DNA of 64,000 nt from Parachlamydiales bacterium (GCA_963705295.1 OY970065.1:192001-256000), one strand, 5' to 3'; counted from the first letter of the stretch, positions 1 to 10,806 are shown. Notes: generated from the letters alone by a model not told the origin. Translations and numbers: made by a program.

Positions 1-3000
1 TTTAAGATGAATTCGATCTACGTGGTAGCAAAGGGGGCTGACAAGATTTTAGACCGGTATGAAAATCAAGAGTCGGAAGCCGCTAAACAGTTCATTCAAG
101 ATTTTAATGAACTACGGACGATTCTACAGAAAAATGGATTCACAGGCTATTCGGGCAGTGCTTATCCTGTTGCGCAAGAATTTAAATCCGATTTCATCTT
201 TGAGCACGAAGATTATTACCAAAACATTTTAAAAGCGACACGCGAAGAGTTTTCTGTCCATGGGACGAAGCGATTTGCCCTCTTGGAATTCTCCAATGTA
301 GAGCAGCGGATTTTGACAGAAAACAAAATCGGTGATCGGATACATGAAGACCTTCTCAAATGGCGCGACGACTATCGAGCCGCTCAGGTCAATCTCAAAG
401 GAACGACAAAATTTGATGTCCCTGCACCCACTAAAAATGTTCTTTGGGACAACTTAAAATTGAGTTTTTCCAAATATTTCCGTGGAGATGACCGAAAGAT
501 TATCCGTTGGGGACTCGATTTATCCGGAGGAAAAACCGTCCAAATCGAACTCCGGGATAGCAATAACCGTCAAGTGACAAACGAAGCCGATATTCGGCAA
601 GGGATTAATGAACTCTATAGCCGTGTGAATAAGATGGGTGTCTCGGAAGTGAGTATCCGTCAAGAAGGCAATACCATCGCACTCGATTTTCCAGGCTCTC
701 AATCGCTCTCGGCTTCTGAGCTCGTTAAAGCTTCTTCAATGTACTTTCACGTTGTGAATGAAAAATTCATGACAAATCCATCTTTAGCAGAAGCTACCCA
801 CCGATTTTTGCAAGATATCTGGAATGAAGCGGTCGTGACGAATCGAAAAGATATTGAAGAAATCCATGCGATTGCTTGGCGCCATCTCTATGGTGAATCT
901 GCAAATCCTGACAATGTTCAACCGCGTAGTGCCGCAGCTAAAACCCTTTATGAAAATGGACTACGTCTGGCAAATCCACAAGATCTTACCGCTAACTCTC
1001 TTCTCGATGAAACTTTTTCAAAAATTTCCCTTTATCGAGGAGATGATTTCACCGATTGGTATGGCCAAACCCATCCTCTCTTAATCGTCTTCCGGAATTA
1101 TGCACTCGAAGGAGCTAATCTCGATAACATCCGCGGCTCTTACGATCCATCCAAAGGCAACTTTTTAGCCTTTGGCATCCGAGGTTCGCAAACTTCGAAA
1201 GAGAAAATCCAATCAAATCCTCGGGACGATCTCCAAGCTTGGACCTCCAGATTTTCGAAGGAAAAAGTTGTCGGAACTCCTTTAGAATCGCTATCGAAAG
1301 GGCGCGGATGGCGCATGGCTGTCATCCTCAATGGTTCGGTCATCACAGCACCTACCCTCGACTCTGTTCTCCGTGACAGTGCCTCGATCACTGGAAGCTT
1401 TACACAACGAGAAATCAACCGATTAGAAGCCGATCTGAAGGCTGGATCCCTTAGCTTCACACCTCGCATTCTCTCGGAAAAAAATGTGAGCCCCGAGCTC
1501 GGTGGGCAAGAGAGATTCCATGGTATTGTTGCCACGATTTGTGCCTTGGTTTTAGCCATCCTCACCATGGTGGCCTACTACCGATTTGGGGGCGCCGTTG
1601 CTTCGTGCGCGGTTTTATTCAATCTACTCATCATGTGGGCAGCTCTTCAAAATTTGGGCGCCACATTGACCCTTGCTGGTATCGCCGGAATTATTTTAAC
1701 AGTGGCGATGGCCGTCGATGCCAATGTTCTCGTTTTCGAGAGGATCCGCGAGGAATTTGCATCATCGGGTCGAATTGCATCGGCTGTTCATGCGGGTTAT
1801 AGAAAAGCTTTGTCTGCGATTGTCGATTCTAATATCACCACACTCATTGCCGCCTTAATCTTGCTGCATTTTGACTCAGGACCTATCCGCGGTTTTGCTG
1901 TTACATTAATCATCGGTATTGTCTCTTCTCTTTTCACCGCCCTCTTTATGACACGGGTTTTCTTTACCTGGTGGTTCCAAAATCCAAAACATAAAGAGCT
2001 CAGAATGGCGAACTTCATCAAGAGCTCTCATTTCAATTTCTTGAAATTCACAAAACCGACCTTGCTGATTTCAGCCATCGTGATCTTGATAGGATCTTAT
2101 CTCCTGATTGTCCAACGGCAAACGATCATGGGAATGGATTTTACAGGAGGTTATGCTCTGACCGTTGAACTCCCTGTTTCGGCCAAAGATCAATATCGAT
2201 CCGAGGTTGAACATGCTTTGAATGCTCAAGGACTTTCGAATCAAGAATTTCAAATCCGTGAACTCCACCCTGCCAATCATGTACGGATCTTCCTCAGTCG
2301 GAGTTTAGAACAGAAAGGACAACCTTTCAGTCATCTCCCTCCTGTTACTGAATCGGCCGATTTGATGTACCCTTATGAGAGCAACCCAAAACTCGTTTGG
2401 GTCGTGGGCGCCCTCAAAGCTTTCAATATTCAACTATCACCCCCCGTATTGCAAGATCTCGATAAAAATTGGACAGCGATCAGCGGCCAAATGTCCGAAA
2501 CCATGCGGACACACGCAACGATCGGAATTGTGATCGCACTGCTCTGTATTTTGGGTTACATCACGATCCGATTCGAGTTTAAGTATGCGATCTCTGCAAC
2601 ACTCTGTTTAATCCACGATGTTATTTTCTGTATTGGAGTCATTGCTCTTTTACATTTCTTAGGAGTTCCCATTCAAATCGATCTCCATACCGTTGCAGCT
2701 CTCATGACCATTGTCGGATATTCTTTGAACGATACGATTATCGTTTTCGATAGAATCCGAGAAGATATGCGTCTGATGCGGAAAAGCAGTCTCACTGAAA
2801 TCATCAATCATGCTCTCAATGTGACCCTCAGCAGAACCTTAATGACATCGGGAATAACCTTACTTGTTCTGATACCTCTGATTGCACTGGGTGGAAGTAC
2901 CATCTTTGGATTTGCCCTTGTTATGGCCATCGGCGTTATCTTTGGAACCCTCTCTTCGCTCTTCATCGCAGCACCTTTAATGCAGTATTTTCACCAGCGT

Positions 3001-3042
3001 GAAGTGACAAGGCAGCAAAGAGTGGCGCTACATGAGCAGTAG
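1..3042 (+). CDS. secDF: Fused protein translocase subunit SecDF (5'-truncated; frame is open from base 1)
   Basis: SecD motifs WGLDLSGG, LKAGSL and AMAVDANVLVFERIREE; SecF motifs GMDFTGG and GYSLNDTIIVFDRIRE; many TM helices. Confidence 0.95.
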   Translation, partial: FKMNSIYVVAKGADKILDRYENQESEAAKQFIQDFNELRTILQKNGFTGYSGSAYPVAQEFKSDFIFEHEDYYQNILKATREEFSVHGTKRFALLEFSNVEQRILTENKIGDRIHEDLLKWRDDYRAAQVNLKGTTKFDVPAPTKNVLWDNLKLSFSKYFRGDDRKIIRWGLDLSGGKTVQIELRDSNNRQVTNEADIRQGINELYSRVNKMGVSEVSIRQEGNTIALDFPGSQSLSASELVKASSMYFHVVNEKFMTNPSLAEATHRFLQDIWNEAVVTNRKDIEEIHAIAWRHLYGESANPDNVQPRSAAAKTLYENGLRLANPQDLTANSLLDETFSKISLYRGDDFTDWYGQTHPLLIVFRNYALEGANLDNIRGSYDPSKGNFLAFGIRGSQTSKEKIQSNPRDDLQAWTSRFSKEKVVGTPLESLSKGRGWRMAVILNGSVITAPTLDSVLRDSASITGSFTQREINRLEADLKAGSLSFTPRILSEKNVSPELGGQERFHGIVATICALVLAILTMVAYYRFGGAVASCAVLFNLLIMWAALQNLGATLTLAGIAGIILTVAMAVDANVLVFERIREEFASSGRIASAVHAGYRKALSAIVDSNITTLIAALILLHFDSGPIRGFAVTLIIGIVSSLFTALFMTRVFFTWWFQNPKHKELRMANFIKSSHFNFLKFTKPTLLISAIVILIGSYLLIVQRQTIMGMDFTGGYALTVELPVSAKDQYRSEVEHALNAQGLSNQEFQIRELHPANHVRIFLSRSLEQKGQPFSHLPPVTESADLMYPYESNPKLVWVVGALKAFNIQLSPPVLQDLDKNWTAISGQMSETMRTHATIGIVIALLCILGYITIRFEFKYAISATLCLIHDVIFCIGVIALLHFLGVPIQIDLHTVAALMTIVGYSLNDTIIVFDRIREDMRLMRKSSLTEIINHALNVTLSRTLMTSGITLLVLIPLIALGGSTIFGFALVMAIGVIFGTLSSLFIAAPLMQYFHQREVTRQQRVALHEQ

Positions 3043-4771
3043 AAACAGACTCCATGAAAATCCTCTTTGGATTTTTCCCAAAGACGACCCTTCTTGGATC
3101 AAAAAAATAATTGATGAATTCAATATTCATCCCGTAACAGCTCAAATTCTCGCCTCGAGAAATTTTAAAAATCTCGAGGAAATTCACGATTATTTATATG
3201 CCAAACTTCCTGATCTTCACGATCCCGATCTTTTTCTCGATATGGACGTTGCAGTCAGCCGGGTTCTCAAAGCTTTAGCAAATAAAGAAAAAATCCTCGT
3301 TTACGGAGACAACGATGTCGATGGAATCACCGGAACCACACTTTTGACAGAATTTTTTGAATATCTCGGCCACCCCGTTTTGTCGTATATTTCCAACCGC
3401 ATAGCACTGAATCAGAGTTTGATGCTCGATGCCATTGATTATGCTTCCCATCATGGATGCACTCTTCTGATCACCGTCGATTGCGGAATCACGGCCGCTG
3501 TAGAAATTGAAGAAGCAGTTCGGCGCCACATCGACGTCATCGTCACCGATCATCACGAACCGACAGCAAGACTTCCTCACACAGTCGCGACCCTCAATCC
3601 TAAATTGCACAGCAGCACCTACCCGAATCGAGATATCACAGGAGTCGGTGTTGCCTTCAAACTCGCGCACGCTGTCACAAATCAGCTCATTGAGGATGGG
3701 AAACTCAGCCCCGCCAAAATTGATTTGAAACGGTATCTCGATCTCGTTGCGCTGGGAACCATTGCCGATATGGCAACTCTTCTCGGAGAAAATCGTATCC
3801 TGGTACGGTATGGCCTCAGGCAGCTGCGGAAAGGGAAGCGGATTGGTCTTGCAAAACTTTGCCTTCTTACCGAAGTCAAAATGAATGAAATTACCCCTTT
3901 GGATATCGCTTCAAAAGTTGCACCCCGTATCAACAGCTTAGGAAGGATTGCCGATCCGAATAAAGGAGTTAAAATTCTCCTATGCCGTGAACCCCACGCA
4001 GCAGAAGCCTTGGCCAAAGAACTCGAGCAACACAATCAAGAAAGACAAAAAATCGAAAGAAAAGATTCGGAAGATATCGACTCTTATATCGCTCACAACC
4101 CAGAGATCTTCAAAAATAAAGCCATCGTTCTCCATTCCCCTAAATGGCACCCTGGAATCATTCCTATCATTACAGCGCGGATTGCAAAACAATACAATCG
4201 TCCAACCCTCATCATTGCCATTGACGACGGCATCGGAAAAGGATCTCTTCGTACCATCACTGAGTTTCCCATTCTTCCAGCCCTAAAGGAGCAAGCCCAT
4301 CTCCTCCTCAATTTCGGCGGTCATGACTATGCGGCCGGACTCATGATCAAAGTCGAAAATATCGAAATCTTCAAAGAAAACTTCATCAAAACCGTCAACA
4401 CCCATCTCCAAGATCAAGACATCCGACCAAAACTCCAACTCGATGCCAAAATCTCTTTCGAGGATCTCACCTTTGATTTCATGGAATCGTTCAACCTCCT
4501 AGAGCCGTTCGGCACAGGAAATCACATCCCCATCCTCCATTGTGAAGTGAAACAGATTTGGCCCCCTAAAGTCGTCGGTAAACACCTCAAACTCTATCTC
4601 GAAAAAGGGCGCATGCTCGAAGGAATCGCCTTCGGCATGGCCGACCGCCGCTCCGAACTCTTAAAGAAAAATCTCTCCCTCAGCATCGCCTTCAGCCCCC
4701 ACATCAACAACTTCCTCAACAAATCGAGCATCCAGCTCCAAATCAAAGACTTTCAGATTATAAACGATTAG
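3032..4771 (+). CDS. recJ: Single-stranded DNA exonuclease RecJ
   Basis: DHH-family motifs YGDNDVDG, ITVDCG, VTDHH, DLVALGTIAD, FGGH, LEPFG. Confidence 0.95.
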   Translation: MSSRNRLHENPLWIFPKDDPSWIKKIIDEFNIHPVTAQILASRNFKNLEEIHDYLYAKLPDLHDPDLFLDMDVAVSRVLKALANKEKILVYGDNDVDGITGTTLLTEFFEYLGHPVLSYISNRIALNQSLMLDAIDYASHHGCTLLITVDCGITAAVEIEEAVRRHIDVIVTDHHEPTARLPHTVATLNPKLHSSTYPNRDITGVGVAFKLAHAVTNQLIEDGKLSPAKIDLKRYLDLVALGTIADMATLLGENRILVRYGLRQLRKGKRIGLAKLCLLTEVKMNEITPLDIASKVAPRINSLGRIADPNKGVKILLCREPHAAEALAKELEQHNQERQKIERKDSEDIDSYIAHNPEIFKNKAIVLHSPKWHPGIIPIITARIAKQYNRPTLIIAIDDGIGKGSLRTITEFPILPALKEQAHLLLNFGGHDYAAGLMIKVENIEIFKENFIKTVNTHLQDQDIRPKLQLDAKISFEDLTFDFMESFNLLEPFGTGNHIPILHCEVKQIWPPKVVGKHLKLYLEKGRMLEGIAFGMADRRSELLKKNLSLSIAFSPHINNFLNKSSIQLQIKDFQIIND

Positions 4772-4783
4772 ATTTCTATCTCC

Positions 4784-4828
4784 AAAAAAAAAGGGCAATG
4801 CCTTATTCCTAGTTTTAAGGCATTGCCC
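4784..4828 (-). terminator. Intrinsic terminator of euo, possibly bidirectional with recJ
   Basis: 13-bp perfect stem gggcaatgcctta/taaggcattgccc (4793-4805/4816-4828) next to an A9 run, which reads as a U tract on the minus strand. Confidence 0.75.
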
Positions 4829-4859
4829 CTCAAGCCGGGACTGGCTTAAAGTCTCAAGC

Positions 4860-5309
4860 TTAACCAGCTTGAGATTGAACGACTTTCTTCGTCAGGTAGT
4901 TTTCCTGATAAGACTTAATATCGTTGACGTGAATAACCCATGCAGCGCCTTTACGTGATGCCTTTAGCAAGCCAACACGAGTCGCGTAATAGATTTTCTG
5001 TGCAGGGACGCCCAACATCTGGGCAACTTGATTCACGGAATAGAAGCCTTTGTTATTGTCAAATAACAACTCCCCGTCGAAGATCGACTTCGTACGAGAA
5101 TATTTATGCTTGCGATATTCTTCTAAATCTTTAAGATCAATCGTCCAGCGAGTTGAATCTTTGAATGCCTTCAATTTCTTTTGCTTGATGGCAACATAGA
5201 TCGCTTGTCGCGTAACGTTGTTGATCCTAGCTGCTTCGGTGATGGAAACGACCCTTTTGCCGTTGGTTTCTTCAACCACAGGCATCTGGTTTTGAGAGCC
5301 GTTGAACAT
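4860..5309 (-). CDS. euo: Chlamydial transcriptional repressor EUO (two HTH modules)
   Basis: VSITEAA..VTRQAIYVAIKQKKLKA, KYSRTKS, FYSVNQVAQMLGVPAQKIYYATR..RKGAAWVI; adjacent to recJ; GGAGGA SD. Confidence 0.92.
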   Translation of the reverse strand: MFNGSQNQMPVVEETNGKRVVSITEAARINNVTRQAIYVAIKQKKLKAFKDSTRWTIDLKDLEEYRKHKYSRTKSIFDGELLFDNNKGFYSVNQVAQMLGVPAQKIYYATRVGLLKASRKGAAWVIHVNDIKSYQENYLTKKVVQSQAG

Positions 5310-5541
5310 ATAAATCCTCCGTTTGGGGTGCTTGAATTTTAGCGAGCACCGTTTTGTTTTTCAACTTTCGTTTTCTTGTTTGCAGCTTTTATTTATTAAA
5401 AGTTATTATGTTCTTAGTAGATTATTAATTATGACATAAAAAGGAATTGAAATCAAGTGCCGTCCAAAAATTTTTATGAGGAAATTAATTTCATTAGCTA
5501 TAAACCATTCATTTGCTATAACCTACGGATAGAGTGTAACT

Positions 5542-7461
5542 ATGAAGAAAACCATCCTTTTTCTCTTGAGTGTCGTCCTTTTTCCTTTAATACTCCTAGG
5601 AAAACCTCCCGAATTGACTCCTAAAGATACGCGCGTAAAAGTGGAAGAAATTCTGAAGGCGCATGCTACTTATCACACTCTGAATCAAGAACTAATAAAA
5701 AGATCTTTTGAAAATTTCCTGCATGAGATCGATCCATCCTTTTCTTATCTCCTTGAATCCGAAGTACTTAAGTGGACATCCCCCTCGGAAGAACTCCTTA
5801 CTCGAACTCTCGAGGCTTATAAAAAGGACGACTTCTCTATTTTCGAAGAAATTCACCAAGGAATTGTTAAAGCCATTGAAAGGCGGAGAGAATTAGAGAA
5901 AAATCTTGTCAATATACCTCCTCCTTCCGACGTCGATTCGATCGAATTCAAAGATATGACTTGGGCCAAAACAGTCAAAGAACTCGAAAATCGGATCATC
6001 AGAATCAAAGGACTCCAGCTGAAAACAGCCGAAAAGGTGTTAGATAAAGAGACCAAGGAGACCTTCTTACTCCGCCTCGATAAACGGCGCATCACGAAAG
6101 AAGATGAGCTCATGGCCCCCTCCCATCGGAAACAGCTCGTCCTTTCAAACGCCCTTAAAGCCATCAGTAGCGCGCTCGACTCTCAGACCGCCTATTTTAC
6201 CCCTTCTGAAGCGAATCAGTTCATGATCCAAGTCCAGCAACGGCTTTTTGGAATCGGAGCTCAGCTCCGCGATGATTTGAATGGATTTTCAGTCATCCGC
6301 ATTTTAGAAAATAGTCCCTTGAGCCAAAATAACAAAGTCCAAATTGGGGATAAGATCGTCGCTGTCAATCACGAACCTGTGATTGGGCTTGATATTACCG
6401 AAGCCGTTGAGCTCATTCGGGGACCCCAAGGCACCCCTGTCACCCTCACATTTTTGCGAAAAAAAGAGATAGAAGAGAAATTTGATCTCGAAATCGTCCG
6501 CGGTGAAATCGTCCTCAAGGATAGCCGACTTGAAAAAAGCTATGAGCCGTTCGGCAATGGAGCGATTGGAATTGTCAAACTCTACTCGTTTTACCAAGAT
6601 CCGACCTACTCTTCTTCTTCGGACCTTCTCGAAGCCATCCAACAGCTCCAAAAAGAACATGCCCTCAAAGGCGTCATCTTAGACCTCCGCAACAATGCAG
6701 GAGGACTTCTTCCTCAAGCCGTCTCTGTAGCTGGTCTGTTCATGAAAAAAGGGGTTGTGGTTTCAGTGAAAGATAATACCGGCTTTGTTCAAAAACTCCG
6801 GAATGTTGAATCTAAGACTGGCTGGGATGGTCCTCTCATCATTTTGACCAATAAAACCAGCGCGTCTGCCGCCGAAATTGTCGCGCAGACACTCCAAGAA
6901 TATGGACGCGCTCTTATTGTTGGAGATGAACAAACCTTTGGAAAAGGGACCTTTCAAACCTTTACCTTAGAGACATCTCACTATGGAAAAGTGAATCCGA
7001 AAGGTGAATTCAAAGTCACGCGAGGTCGTTACTACACCGTCTCTGGAAAAAGCCCTCAACTGGTCGGTGTTTCAGCCGATATCGTTGTCCCGAGCTTATT
7101 CTCTGACATGGAAATCGGGGAAAAATACTCCAAATATCCTCTAGAGACCGATCAAATTACCGCCAGCTTTGAGGACGATCTCTCAGACATTCCCATGCTC
7201 CACAGACAGCAGGTGGTCAAATACTATAAATCCGACCTTCAACCCATCGTCACCACCTACAAACCGTACCTTGAAACCCTCAAGAAAAACTCGTCCGAGC
7301 GACTCAAACTCAATCTCAATTTTCAAAATTTTCTCCAAGCCATTTCAAAAAAAGAATTTTCCAGCCTTCCCTCGTTCGGTCAAAACGACCTCCAGCTCCA
7401 AGAAGGCTTGAATGTGATGAAAGATCTCCTCCTCTTGCAACAACTGCAAAAAGCGGCTTAG
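5542..7461 (+). CDS. tsp: Tail-specific (C-terminal processing) S41 protease with PDZ domain
   Basis: Signal peptide; PDZ (LFGIG, LIRGPQGT); DLRNNAGG, SASAAEI, TFGKGT. Confidence 0.92.
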   Translation: MKKTILFLLSVVLFPLILLGKPPELTPKDTRVKVEEILKAHATYHTLNQELIKRSFENFLHEIDPSFSYLLESEVLKWTSPSEELLTRTLEAYKKDDFSIFEEIHQGIVKAIERRRELEKNLVNIPPPSDVDSIEFKDMTWAKTVKELENRIIRIKGLQLKTAEKVLDKETKETFLLRLDKRRITKEDELMAPSHRKQLVLSNALKAISSALDSQTAYFTPSEANQFMIQVQQRLFGIGAQLRDDLNGFSVIRILENSPLSQNNKVQIGDKIVAVNHEPVIGLDITEAVELIRGPQGTPVTLTFLRKKEIEEKFDLEIVRGEIVLKDSRLEKSYEPFGNGAIGIVKLYSFYQDPTYSSSSDLLEAIQQLQKEHALKGVILDLRNNAGGLLPQAVSVAGLFMKKGVVVSVKDNTGFVQKLRNVESKTGWDGPLIILTNKTSASAAEIVAQTLQEYGRALIVGDEQTFGKGTFQTFTLETSHYGKVNPKGEFKVTRGRYYTVSGKSPQLVGVSADIVVPSLFSDMEIGEKYSKYPLETDQITASFEDDLSDIPMLHRQQVVKYYKSDLQPIVTTYKPYLETLKKNSSERLKLNLNFQNFLQAISKKEFSSLPSFGQNDLQLQEGLNVMKDLLLLQQLQKAA

Positions 7462-8498
7462 CCCAGTTTTCGACTTTGATTTCTACAATCCTTCAGAAAT
7501 CGAACCGTCGGTGTTTCTTTCGGTTGACTCGAAAAAGTTTCAGCAGCAAACCATTTTACAGAATCTTCGTCTTTCCAAACAAAATACGGAATGGGATCCG
7601 AGTTTCTTGTTCTGTAAATTTCATCTGCCTCTTTCAAAAGTTCGTGTGATTCAACATAAGCCTTCCAAGTTCGAGTCAAGTCGGCAAAGGTCGGCTCCAG
7701 TTTTTTTAGGCAGGCTGCAAAAGAGAGAGCACACTTCCAGTCTGTGACAGTTTCACTTAAGGCGAGTCTATAGGTGCGCAATGCTTTTTTTAATTCTTCT
7801 CCCGGCCCAGCAACAGCTCTGCAAAATAAATAATGGGGAACAATTTGATATTCAAACCAACCAATTTGATATTTTGCACAAAGAAGCCGCTCTAAACGGC
7901 TAAAGGGCCAATCATGGACCGAAGCAAGATCTTCATTTTGACAAAGGGGAATCATTTGAAACTCCCTTGTCGGAATCCCAATGTCTTTAGCATCCAGTTG
8001 ATCTTCATTGGGTTTATTGAGCCGGTGGAAAGGCTGCAATAGAGCGCTATCAAAGAATACCCCGCGACTTCGAAGAAGCCGGTTTGTTCCATCAAAAAAA
8101 TCACTTTCCATGTCGGGAATGTCTTCCATCAAACCGATTTGTTCTTGAACTAAAACTTTGTGGCACCGGTTAGACAAAGCTCTTTCGAATGACGCCGCGT
8201 GAAGGATCGACTGCCGCTGTCCCCTTTCTTCTGCACTCCAACTAAAACGGGACTTTAAGAAAAAAACAACATACGCAAAAATCCCAGAGATTCTCGATAA
8301 AAACCCTCTTCTCATCTGATAAAAATACCTACCGTCCTCTGTCGCACGTGGATCAAAACCGAGATCGTAATACCGATGGATTTTCACAGGGCTCCAGTTG
8401 GGTGGAGGAGCCGGATAAGAAGGCCTGACACTCTCTTTCAATTGAGCAAAAAGGATTTTTCTCATTTCGACTTCAATGGCATGGATGCGAGGAGGCAT
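7458..8498 (-). CDS. Hypothetical protein (accessory, possible effector)
   Basis: 346-aa ORF filling the gap; no recognised motif. Confidence 0.65.
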   Translation of the reverse strand: MPPRIHAIEVEMRKILFAQLKESVRPSYPAPPPNWSPVKIHRYYDLGFDPRATEDGRYFYQMRRGFLSRISGIFAYVVFFLKSRFSWSAEERGQRQSILHAASFERALSNRCHKVLVQEQIGLMEDIPDMESDFFDGTNRLLRSRGVFFDSALLQPFHRLNKPNEDQLDAKDIGIPTREFQMIPLCQNEDLASVHDWPFSRLERLLCAKYQIGWFEYQIVPHYLFCRAVAGPGEELKKALRTYRLALSETVTDWKCALSFAACLKKLEPTFADLTRTWKAYVESHELLKEADEIYRTRNSDPIPYFVWKDEDSVKWFAAETFSSQPKETPTVRFLKDCRNQSRKLG

Positions 8499-8513
8499 AG
8501 GAACCTTAAGGTC

Positions 8514-8732
8514 CTATCTAGTGCGCAAATAAACATGTTCCCCATAATGAGGGTCACCTTCGGGTCTCTTCATCACTTCCCAAAGACGGCCAAAAATTTT
8601 ATTTGCAGTAGCCGGGTCCTCCTGTTTTACAAGCTCCATCATTTGAGCTGCTTCATCTTCTTTATTTGCATAAAGAGCATCCAGTGCCTGGTATAAATGT
8701 TCTATTGTCGTCTGTCGTACAGCCTGTGTCAT
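8514..8732 (-). CDS. Small hypothetical protein
   Basis: 72-aa ORF with GAGGAG SD; helical composition; co-oriented with 7458-8498. Confidence 0.6.
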   Translation of the reverse strand: MTQAVRQTTIEHLYQALDALYANKEDEAAQMMELVKQEDPATANKIFGRLWEVMKRPEGDPHYGEHVYLRTR

Positions 8733-8795
8733 AATCTCCTCAATTATAATGCAAATACTTTGCTGAAAATTTGAATTTTCGTTAAGTTATTTTAA

Positions 8796-9302
8796 ATGAT
8801 TACCTCAATTACAAATATTAGTTTAAAAGAATTTCCTAAATTTCTTCCAACTTCGATCAAAGCTATCGATTGGAGGGTCGCGACGTGTTTTGCCCTTGCC
8901 ATCGTCTCCATTATCCTTATTGCCACACGGTACACTCCCCCACAAACCCCAAAAATTATTCCCGATATTAAAAATATTACACCTAACGACTTGGATTTCA
9001 CGCCAGCGGAATTGGAAGAAAGGGGCGTGTTGCCAGGAAATACCGTCCAATGGACATTAAAAGATTTGATTGTCCAATTATTGACCTTCATCCGACTGGA
9101 AAATAGAAGAGAAATCACCTTCAATGGTTCTCACCAACCTCAAATCCTTCGGTTTCTAACCCTTGGACTTCCACCCAATATTTCTTTTGAAAAGGGGAGA
9201 CAAACCACCTGGGTCTACCGCATTCTCAAAGCTCTTCAAAATAAAAAAGTTGTTCATTCTTTCTTTTTAGACCAAACGAAAATACAATTATTGTTAAAAT
9301 AG
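8796..9302 (+). CDS. Paralogue A of a local family (N-terminal TM + one ~120-aa domain)
   Basis: IDWRV-TM leader; ITF, LGLP and WVYRILKALQNKKVV motifs shared with neighbours. Confidence 0.75.
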   Translation: MITSITNISLKEFPKFLPTSIKAIDWRVATCFALAIVSIILIATRYTPPQTPKIIPDIKNITPNDLDFTPAELEERGVLPGNTVQWTLKDLIVQLLTFIRLENRREITFNGSHQPQILRFLTLGLPPNISFEKGRQTTWVYRILKALQNKKVVHSFFLDQTKIQLLLK

Positions 9303-9323
9303 ATCGCATCAAAGGAGAAAAAA

Positions 9324-9764
9324 ATGTCGTCACAGATTCATTTTCTTTCAACCGGGACGGTTCATTCTGGATTGCCACGCTTAGCTATTCAAGATGCAAC
9401 TTATACCAAACTCGGATTCACTGAAGCTGAAAAAGATACAACTTGCACATTACCTAACTATATAACTCAGGGAACGGATACCTTTACGCTCAATGAAATT
9501 TGCGAACATCTTATTCTCCTCATCAAAAGCAGAGTTACAACTGGAGACAAAACAGAGATCACATTTGATGTACATAATCAGATGCACGTCTTCGATTATA
9601 TGACCTTCGGTCTTCCCCACAATTTAACCTACCAAGATGCGGGCGTTGAACAAAAAAAACAATCTTGGATCTGCCGAATTCTTCAAGCTCTAAAAGACAA
9701 AGGTTGTATCCGACAATTTGTCATCATGCCTTTTGGCGAGCGTAGGATTGTAATCACCCTTTAA
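9324..9764 (+). CDS. Paralogue B (one domain, no TM)
   Basis: AAGGAG SD; LGFTEAE, GDKTEITFD, FGLP, SWICRILQALKDKG. Confidence 0.8.
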   Translation: MSSQIHFLSTGTVHSGLPRLAIQDATYTKLGFTEAEKDTTCTLPNYITQGTDTFTLNEICEHLILLIKSRVTTGDKTEITFDVHNQMHVFDYMTFGLPHNLTYQDAGVEQKKQSWICRILQALKDKGCIRQFVIMPFGERRIVITL

Positions 9765-9783
9765 TAACAAAAAGGAAAAAAAT

Positions 9784-10719
9784 ATGTCACAGATTCTTTT
9801 ACTTTCTAATATTAACTTTAGAGCAATTCAAAGCTCTATCTCATCAACCTTGAAAAGAATCGATTGGAAAGTTGGAGCTGTTGCAACTCTTGCACTTGCG
9901 ACAGTCGCTTATCTTGCTCGTTCTTATCTTTTTTCAAAACCCTCTCTTGCAAGACCAACATTTAAATCTCTTGATAATATCGATGCCGAGAAACTTGGAT
10001 TTTCCAAGGAACAACGGACAAAGTTAAAATCGGTTGGGGGATTCATGACACTTTTCGATGGTAGCCCTGGTGAAGAGGTCACAACATCGTATACTTTTGA
10101 AATGGTTTGCAACCGGATCATCTATGAAATTCATTTCCCTGGAACAGAGAATGTCAGTTTTGAGGCGCCCCTTTCAAAAAAAAGTTGGCGTACTTTCAAC
10201 TTTATTGATTTCGGTATTCACCGCGATGTACCTTACGAACAAGCCTCGGATGTTGAAAGACGGGAAAGCTGGTTTTATATGACTCTTAAAGCACTCCGAG
10301 ATCAGGGTTATATTACATTTGTTATCAATCCTACTTCCATTGAAATCACACGGTGCCTGCCCCAACCGTATCAGCCACCAAAAACCCCTCTTCTATATCT
10401 GACCCCTCAAAAACTAGGGTTTGCCAATCATCAATTGAACCAGTCAGAAATTCTGCCGAATACAGATGGTACCCGATATACCTTTCGAGAACTATGCGAA
10501 GAAATTATTAATACTATCCGACTTGAATCTTTAGAAAACATCGTTATCCAGGAAAACTCGATTATTTTCGATTGTCGAAATTTTGGCTTATCCCCTGGTA
10601 GGCAAGTGCAAGTGCCTTGGGTTTATCAAATTCTGACGGCTCTAAAAAACAAAGGTTACATCACGACTTTTGACATGAATCGTACCAACATTGAAATCAC
10701 AAAAATACACCCTTCGTGA
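9784..10719 (+). CDS. Paralogue C (N-terminal TM + two domain copies)
   Basis: IDWKVGA-TM leader; KLGF...YTF...FG...W.Y..L.AL...GYIT pattern occurs twice. Confidence 0.8.
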   Translation: MSQILLLSNINFRAIQSSISSTLKRIDWKVGAVATLALATVAYLARSYLFSKPSLARPTFKSLDNIDAEKLGFSKEQRTKLKSVGGFMTLFDGSPGEEVTTSYTFEMVCNRIIYEIHFPGTENVSFEAPLSKKSWRTFNFIDFGIHRDVPYEQASDVERRESWFYMTLKALRDQGYITFVINPTSIEITRCLPQPYQPPKTPLLYLTPQKLGFANHQLNQSEILPNTDGTRYTFRELCEEIINTIRLESLENIVIQENSIIFDCRNFGLSPGRQVQVPWVYQILTALKNKGYITTFDMNRTNIEITKIHPS

Positions 10720-10740
10720 ATCAAATTTTTTGATTTTATT

Positions 10741-10787
10741 AACATGATCAATGTGATACGCCTGATATGCAAAATGTCGATCATGTT
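10741..10787. repeat. Short inverted repeat (9-bp arms)
   Basis: aacatgatc (10741-10749) / gatcatgtt (10779-10787). Confidence 0.55.
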
Positions 10788-10806
10788 GAGCACAACAACG
10801 GATATC

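Noticed and set aside
7453..7461. C-terminal AA degron-like ends on Tsp (KAA) and the 30605 protein (DAA)
   Set aside because: Two residues are too little evidence.
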